From the NCBI RefSeq assembly GCF_009914755.1, contig NC_060933.1: a stretch of 64,000 nucleotides of DNA, one strand, 5' to 3'. The first letter of the stretch is position 1, and every line of letters begins with the position of its first letter. The translations under genes were made by a program, and so were the position numbers. The notes beneath the pieces were generated by a model that saw nothing but the letters and a program-made list of their open reading frames with translations, had not been told where the DNA came from and did no database searches. Below, in pieces: positions 53,990-64,000 of the stretch. The DNA is from the human T2T-CHM13v2.0 reference genome, Homo sapiens.

Positions 53990-55305
53990 ATAGGACAAGT
54001 GTGGGGGTGTGGTTCGTCCCACCTTGGAACTTTTTCACACCGATGATGAGGAGGAAGGAGAGTATAGCTAGGTAACAAAAGAGGTTACAGAGCATGTTTA
54101 TTTACCAGCTAAAGCTAAAGCAGCAAAGGAGGGAGAGGTTCATCCCTACCCCTCTGCACCCCCTCATTATTATTTTGAAGAAAATGATCCTCCAGATCTT
54201 TCTTTTCCGGAGGACACTGGGCGAAAATTAGTTGCCCCAGTGACTGTTCAAGCAGCACCTCGAGCGACCACTCTTAATTCTATTCAGGCAGGAATTCAGC
54301 AAGCTAGACGAGGGAGTGATTTAGAGGCTTGGCAGTTCCCTGTTAGAATACACCCCCAGATCAACAGGGAAATATTATAGCTACATTTGAGCCTTTTCAT
54401 TTTAAATTACTCAAAGAATTTAAACAAGCTATAAATCAGTATGGACCAGGTTCTCCTTTTGTAATGGGACTGTTAAAGAATGTTGCTGTTTCCAGTCGGA
54501 TGATTCCTACTGACTGGGATGCTCTTACTCGAGCTTGTCTAACTCCTGCTCAGTTCTTACAATTTAAAACTTGGTGGGCAGATGAAGCTTCCATTCAGGC
54601 TGCTCGCAATGCCCAGGCCCAACCTCGAATTAATATAACTGCGCACCAGCTTTTGGGGGTCGGCGGCTGGGCTGCTTTAGATGCACAACTCATCATGCCG
54701 GATGATGCCATAGAACAGCTTAGAGGAGTGTGCATTAGAGCTGGGGAAAAAATCACTTCAAGTGGAGAACAATACCCTTCCTTTAGTGCTACAAAAACAG
54801 GGATCCAAAGAACCATACGTTGATTTTATAGCTCGGTTACGGGAGTCTCTTAAAAAGATGACTGCAGATTCGGCTGCTCAGGATATAGTGTTGCAGTTAT
54901 TAGCTTTCGACAATGCTAATCCCGACTGCCAGGCTGCTCTGCGACCTATCAGAGGGAAAGCGCATTTAGTTGATTATCAAGGCCTGTAATGGTATCGGAA
55001 GTAATCTGCATAAAGCTACTCTGCTAGCACAGGCAATGGCAAGACTGAGAGTGGATAAAGGAAATACTCCATTTCCTGCAGCTTGTTTTAACTGTGGGAA
55101 GCATGGCCATACTAAAAAAGAATGTAGAAAAAATAAGCGAGTCAGGCTGCCAGATAGGGGAAAAAAGAAAACTGCTGAGCCTGAAATATGTCCAAAATGT
55201 AAAAAAGGAAAACATTGGGCTAATCAGTGTCACTCTAAGTTTGATATAGAAGGGAACCCGATTTCGGGAAACGCCATGAGGGGCCCGTCCCGGGCCCCGT
55301 TCTAA
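53990..55305 (+). pseudogene. gag: Retroviral gag remnant (start codon ATA, most of MA deleted, frameshifts/stops)
   Basis: PSAPPHY late domains, CA segment, MHR KQGSKEPYVDFIARL, two CCHC knuckles CFNCGKHGHTKKEC and CPKCKKGKHWANQC. Confidence 0.9.
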
Positions 55306-55313
55306 ACCGGGGC
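55266..55313 (+). promoter_or_regulatory. gag-pro -1 ribosomal frameshift signal (slippery heptamer plus H-type pseudoknot)
   Basis: G GGA AAC in gag frame, 7-nt spacer, stem1 GGGGCC/GGCCCC, stem2 GTCCCG/CGGGGC. Confidence 0.85.
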
Positions 55314-56170
55314 ATTTCCAGCTCAGGCCATTCCATCACCTCCGTACAATGTCTGTCAGTAGATTTATGCTGCACAAAAGCTGTGAGCCTTCTGCCTGGG
55401 GAACCTCCGCAAAAGGTTCCAACAGGAGTCTGTGGACCCTTGCCAGTGGGGACAATATGATTACTTCTAGGAAGGTCTAGTTTTAAGTTTAAAAGGGGTG
55501 CGAATACATACAGGAGTCATTGATTCAGATTACAATGCGGAAATTCAAATTGTTGTAACTACTTCTGTTCCCTGGACAGCAGAGCCAGGAGAGTGCATAG
55601 CACAGCTCCTGATTGTGCCGTATGGGGGAATGGGGAAAAGTGAAATTAAATGAAAAGGAGGATTTGGAAGCACAAATAAACAAGGCAAAGCAGCTTATTG
55701 GGTAAGTCAAATTACTGATAAACATCCTACCTGTGAAATAACTATTCAGGGAAACAAATTTAAAGGTTTGGTAGATACAGGAGTGGACATTTCAATCATT
55801 TCTCTACAGCACTGGCCGTCCGTGAGGCCAATTCAACCCGCTCAATGTAACATATTTGGAGTTGGTAAAGCCGCTGAAATATATCAAAGTAGTTATATTT
55901 TGCATTGTGAAGGGCCCGATGGACGACCTGGGGCTATTCAACCAATTATAACTTCTGTACCTATAAATTTATGGGGGAGAGATTTATTACAACAATGGGG
56001 AGCACAAGTTCTAATTCCAGAACAATTATATAGTCCTCAAAGTCAACATACAATGCATGAATTGGGGCATGTCCCTGGTATGGGACTAGAAAAAAATTTG
56101 CAAGGTTTGAAAGAACTGCTTCAAGTGGAAAAACAAAGTTCCGCCAAAGATTAGGAAATAATTTTTGATG
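55272..56170 (+). pseudogene. pro: dUTPase-protease (pro) remnant with G-patch-like tail
   Basis: dUTPase motifs LLGRSS, TGVIDSDY, GGFGST with in-frame stops; protease LVDTGVD and NLWGRDLL. Confidence 0.88.
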
Positions 56171-57975
56171 GTGGCCATTGTTAAGCCTCCGGAACCTATA
56201 TCTTTAAAATGGTTCACAGATAAGCCAATTTGGATAGAACAATGGCCGCTAAGTAAAGAGAAACTGGAGGCTTTAGAGAAATTAGTTACTGAACAACTAG
56301 AAAATGGGCACATACTTCCTCCAACATTTTCCCCTTGGAATTCTCTAGTTCTCGTAATTAAGAAGAAATCAGGTAAATGGAGAATGTTAACTGACTTAAG
56401 AGCCATCAATTCAGTTATACAACCTATGGGAGCATTACAGCCAGGATTGCCTTCTCCTGTTATAATTCCAAAAAATTGGCCTTTAATAGCCATAGATTTA
56501 AAAGACTGTTTCTTCACTATCCCTTTGGCTGAGCAAGACTGTGAACGGTTTGCATTTACAATTCCTGCAGTAAACAACCTGCAGCCTGCTAAGCGTTTTC
56601 ATTGTTTTACAGATGGGACTAGTAATGGTAAAGCTTTATTCTGGATCAAAAAGTAAAGATTTCCAGATGCCCTATATTTCAGCTCAAAAAGCGGAGCTTG
56701 TAGCTGTAATTGAGGTATTGACTGCTTTTGATATGCCTATTAATGTGGTTTCTGATTCTTCATACATGGTTCATTCCACACAGTTAATTGAAAATGCTCA
56801 GTTATGATTTCATACAGATGAACAACTGATGACTTTATCTACCCAACTGCAAACAGCAGTTAGAAGTAGAAGGCACCCTTTTTACATCACTCACATTAGG
56901 GCTCGTACACTTCTTCCAGGACCTTTGACTGAAGGGAATCAAATGGCCGATCGCCTAGTTGCTAATGAAATATCTAATGCTAGACACTTTCACAATTTAA
57001 CCCATGTTAGTGCCTCTGGTCTCAAACGCAGATACAGCATTACCTGGAAAGAAGCTAAAGCTATTGTCCAGTGATGCCCAACTTGCCAAATGGTACATTC
57101 TTCATCTTTTACAGGAGGAGTTAACCCTCGAGGACTGGAACCTAACTGTCTTTGGCAAATGGATGTCACACATGTTCCCTTGTTTGGGAGACTAGCTTAT
57201 GTACATGTATGTGTGGACACCTTTTCTCACTTTGTCTGGGCTACATGCCAATCAGGAGAGTCTTCTGCCTGTGTTAAACGTCACCTTTTGCAGTGTTTTG
57301 CGGTGATGGGCATTCCAGCTTCTATTAAAACAATAATGCCCCAGGCTATCCTAGCCAAGCTCTAGCTACATTTTTCTCTATGTGGAATATTAAAGATATT
57401 ACTAGTATCCCATACAATTCTCAAGGACAAGCCATAGTGGAAAGAATGAATCTTTCCCTAAAACAGCAGTTGCAAAAGCAGAAAGGGGGAAATAGAGATT
57501 ATGGAACACCGCAGATACAACTGAATCTAGCATTATTAACTTTAAATTTTTTGAGCCTGCCCAAAGGCCAGATGTTATCAGCAGCTGAACAGCATCTACA
57601 GAACAGCTGCAAAGACAGAAGCAGAACAACTGATTTAGTGGAGAGATCCGATAACAAAAAGTTGGGAAATAGGTAAAATAATAACTTGGAGTAGAGGTTA
57701 TGCTTGTATTTCTCCAGCCCAAAATCAACAGCCGATTTGGATACCATCAAGACACCTGAAACCTTATCATGAGCCAGATGCCGAGGAAGAGATTCCGGGA
57801 GGATCCCAAGGACCCCTCAGTTGCAGCCATGTCGAGACTGATGCTGAGGAGGACCCCAACTGTCATGAGCAACACCCGTCGAACACAGCCACCCACCTGG
57901 GGACAGATCAAGAAGCTGTCACAGATGGTGGAAGAAAACCTGAGGAAAGCGGGACAACCAGTCACAACAAGTAAT
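56165..57975 (+). pseudogene. pol: pol remnant: N-terminal RT fused to RNase H (polymerase core deleted) plus integrase
   Basis: [32 protein letters not shown]; jumps to FTDG, SAQKAEL, GNQMAD; integrase HHCC, WQMDVTH, PYNSQGQAIVER; several frameshifts and stops. Confidence 0.9.
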
Positions 57976-58197
57976 TTAATGGTAGCTATGATAGAGGTTA
58001 TCACCACTGCCGTGAGTATTCCTTCAACAAGGGCTGACACAGAGAACAATTATACTTACTGGACATATTTATCTAGTAACCCATTAAAATGGATAAAAAC
58101 ACTTGGAAGCTCTGTGATTTCAATGATGATTGTGCTTTTAATCTGTGTTGTCTTTGTACAGTCTGCAGATGTGGATCCTGACTCCTGCGAGAAGTAG
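57769..58197 (+). pseudogene. env: env remnant: leader/signal peptide fused to TM anchor, open for 142 codons; overlaps candidate rec-like exons
   Basis: PPTWGQIKKLSQM and NYTYW motifs typical of HERV-K env N-terminus; NPLKWIKTLGSS-hydrophobic TM segment follows directly. Confidence 0.82.
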
Positions 58198-58255
58198 CTC
58201 ACCGCGACAAAGCTGCCCTTGCTTTTATGGATTTGCAAATCAAAGAAGGCGGACA

Positions 58256-58766
58256 TGTTGGGAGCAGGCCCCCCAAAATCTGGCCATAAACTGGCCCCAA
58301 AACTGGCCATAAACAATCTCTGCAGCACTGGGACATTTTCATGATGGCCATAATGCCCACGCTGGAAGGTTGTGGGTTCACGGGAATGAGGGCAAGGAAC
58401 ACGGGGCCCACCCAGGGCGGAAAACAGCTTAAAGGCATTCTTAAGCCACAAACAATAACATGAGCGATCTGTGCCATAAGGACATGCTCCTGCTGCAGTT
58501 AACTAGCCCAACCTATTCCTTTAATTTGGCCCATCCCTTCGTTTCCCATAAGGGATACTTTTAGTTAATTTAATATCTACGGAAACAATGCTAATGACTG
58601 GCTTGCTGTTAATAAACACGTGGGTAAATCTCTGTTCAGGGCTCTCAGCTCTGAAGGCTGTGAGACCCCTGATTTCCCACTTCACACCTCTATATTTCTG
58701 TGTGTGTGTCTTTAATTCCTCTAGCGCCGCTGGGTTAGGGTCTCCCCGACCTAGCTGGTCTTGGCA
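58256..58766 (+). repeat. 3' LTR (MER9a-type)
   Basis: Direct repeat of 5' LTR; preceded by purine tract AAAGAAGGCGGACA (58242-58255). Confidence 0.93.
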
Positions 58767-59079
58767 GAGGGGCATATAGTGGAGTATGGAGAAAACTCAG
58801 GCGAATTCAGCTACGTGCATTTGGACAAACAGAGAGGCAGGGCAGGGCAAGGAGGAAGGAGACACATTTTAGGCAAATCACTCTCCAATTTAGTCAGAGC
58901 ATATGATGCCAGGTGAGGGTCAGATGGAGAGGCGAGGTGACTGCTTCTTCAGTTCCTTCATGCGTTCTGGGGTGTGAATATCTCACCTCACTGATACGAT
59001 TCTGGTGTTTAAAGGTAACAATTTTCTTTTTACAACGTAGTACCTGAATATAAAACGAATTCCTTCATTTGCTCCAAAG

Positions 59080-59285
59080 CAGAGGGCAGCAAACTTTCCT
59101 TGAAGGGCAACATACGAAACAATGGACTTCGTGGGCCATACAATCTGTTGCAAATATTCAACTCTGCCACTTTGGTAAGAAAGCAGCACCAACAATATGT
59201 AACTAAATGGGTATGGCTGTGTTCCAACAAAACTTTATTTATAAAAACAGACCGCCAACTGGATTTGGCCCATTTGCCATCCCTG
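59080..59285. mobile_element. MER58A (hAT-Charlie)
   Basis: CAGAGGGCAGCAAACT...GGCTGTGTTCCAACAAAACTTTATTTAT...TTTGCCATCCCTG. Confidence 0.85.
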
Positions 59286-60134
59286 CTTTTAAGAAACAGC
59301 ATTCTGTTCCAATGCTGAAGACAACTGGCTCTGTGGGTCTCCGACAAGGATTCTCTGTGTGATTTTGACTATGGGTAATTGGTGCTGTGTGGACTTTTCA
59401 GACCCAACCCCCCACCTGTATGGAATGCAGCTCCACTACACAACTGGGCAGCCACACAAGGAGCTGCCCAATTGGCCTGAAATCAACACAAAGTCACCAT
59501 CCAGGCTGTCCACAAGATGCTGGGTTCCCTCTCTGTTTGAATAATTTTTTTCTCCCACAGACTTCCTTGACCTCCTAGACGGGGTAATGAGGCCAGAGCT
59601 CTCTGCATAGCATTCACCTCTCTGTGTTGTAGGTTACATCCACTGCCTTTGTTTTCCACCTGGCAGTGAGAGGATGCCTCCTGGAAAAGGCAGGCAAAGC
59701 CTCTATATTGCTCAGTGCCCAGCACAGTGCCAGAGACTTAGACAGTCCTCATTAACATCTGCTGATGAAGTAAGAAACCGGGTTTCAGTGTATGTTTTTC
59801 TCAGCCCCAAATGTTTTACATTCACAGTACTTAAATGTAACTACATCGTCATACTATAATTATTTAGTTGAACTATGATAGCGTTCTGATGAAATGGAAG
59901 ATCTAAAATAAGTTGACTGCTGAGGTGTTGAGGTTCAAAACCACGCGAAGATAATGAAATAAAATTACCAATAGGATCCGTTATGTTAAGTCAAATGTTA
60001 TGTTAAATCAAATCAACACCAGCCTCTGGCTTCTTGACAATACTGGAAAATTTGAGAATGCAAGCCTGGACAACAGATTCAATTCATAATCAATCAGTAA
60101 TCTTTCTGAGTGGCCAATCAAATAACTTGCATAC

Positions 60135-60449
<315 letters not shown>

Positions 60450-61429
60450 TTGCATAGAATTCCCATTCACTCCTCCCCAAAAGTCTGTTCTCAACTGAGC
60501 ATGTTTTCCTTAGATTTCATTGTTTAAAATGCCTCAAGAGTAAGGTGGTCCTTGGCTTTTAATGGGAAGAAGCAAAGGAAACGCATGGAGGCAATGCAGC
60601 CACTTGTACAACCAGCCTCCTGTGATTCCTTTAGAACTCAGAGCAGCCCCTAGGTTGGTGCCAAGGAGGACAAGTTTAAATGTAGCTGAAAACACTAAAT
60701 GCTTAATCTTCTCTCTCACCACGCCACACATCCCAGGATCCTCCACCCCCATGCCTTAAAAAAATCAATTTTCATATAATGTTCTATATAAATGGGAAAT
60801 TAACCTGTCAATCTTGATACTCCACCATCACATGGGTCTCAATAGTTTAATAACAAAACCCTATGGGCTGTGAGGAACAAGTGTGTTACCCACGTGAAGA
60901 TACACAGCATAGCAATTCTTCTGTAAATCATGTGAGTTGCTCATGGATGGAGGCTTCCCGGAACCTCTGAATGAGAAGCATTTTCATTAGGAGCCCAAGT
61001 ACCCAAGAAAAGAAAGGAAAATGAGCCACAGCCAGGTCTCTTGACCTTTCCAAGGTTAGTTCGTGCACAGTTACCTGCCTGGGCAGAGGTGCTTAGAGGA
61101 GATATGCTGGAGATGCCGTGCCAGATGAAAGGGAGACCTCTCTCAAGGTGGAGAATTGTCCCTCCAAGTCACTCCCTTTAAAAGCCCCCAAATCCCACAA
61201 GTTAAGAACTTCAGGAAGAACTGAAGTCAATTATTCCGAGTCTGTGAACACCTCCAGTCAATGGTTTACACTCTGGTGTTGAATAAAAGAACCACAATTC
61301 ACTGTTTATACATAAACCAAATAAACAGCAACAAGTGTCCTGTATTTCTTATCTCAGTGGATGTTAACTACCCATTAACATAAGCCAGGAACCTGGTGGC
61401 ATCCTTGACTCACTTTATACTGCTAAATA

Positions 61430-64000
<2,571 letters not shown>

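Larger units (their letters stand above)
53328..58766 (+). mobile_element. HERV-K(HML-3)/HERVK9 provirus, internally deleted, coding-defective, antisense to RAPGEF1
   Basis: Two ~511-bp TG...CA LTRs; target-site duplication GAGGAG (53322-53327)/GAGGGG (58767-58772); Lys PBS, gag-dUTPase/pro-pol-env order, PPT. Confidence 0.93.

Noticed and set aside
56150-56170. pro-pol frameshift site
   Set aside because: AATAATTTTTGA is in the expected place but is not a clean XXXYYYZ heptamer, and the pro frame is already disrupted
54464-57676. Functional Gag/Pro/Pol expression from the provirus
   Set aside because: gag start is ATA, multiple stops and frameshifts, RT catalytic core deleted

Overview
Primate (almost certainly human, chr9q34) genomic DNA lying entirely inside the RAPGEF1 (C3G, Rap1 GEF) gene on the minus strand. 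Eight GT-AG coding exons (23902 down to 881) splice in frame to give the C3G N-terminal region (DSQRSHLSSF...SRNTSCETL), including the Crk-SH3 ligand PPPALPPKKR. The first exon(s) lie beyond the right edge and the remaining exons beyond the left edge. Everything right of 23902 is one long intron full of Alu, L1, L2, MIR, DNA transposon and LTR relics. The main accessory element is a 5.44-kb HERV-K(HML-3)/HERVK9 provirus with two MER9-type LTRs (53328-58766, antisense to the gene). It has large deletions in gag MA, RT and env, and gag/pro/pol are broken. It nevertheless keeps an intact gag-pro frameshift pseudoknot and, most notably, every splice site and an open frame for a 92-aa Rec-like protein homologous in position to HML-2 Rec. 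Nearly all other entries in the ORF track are spurious. Repeat family names are from recalled consensus similarity, not from a search.
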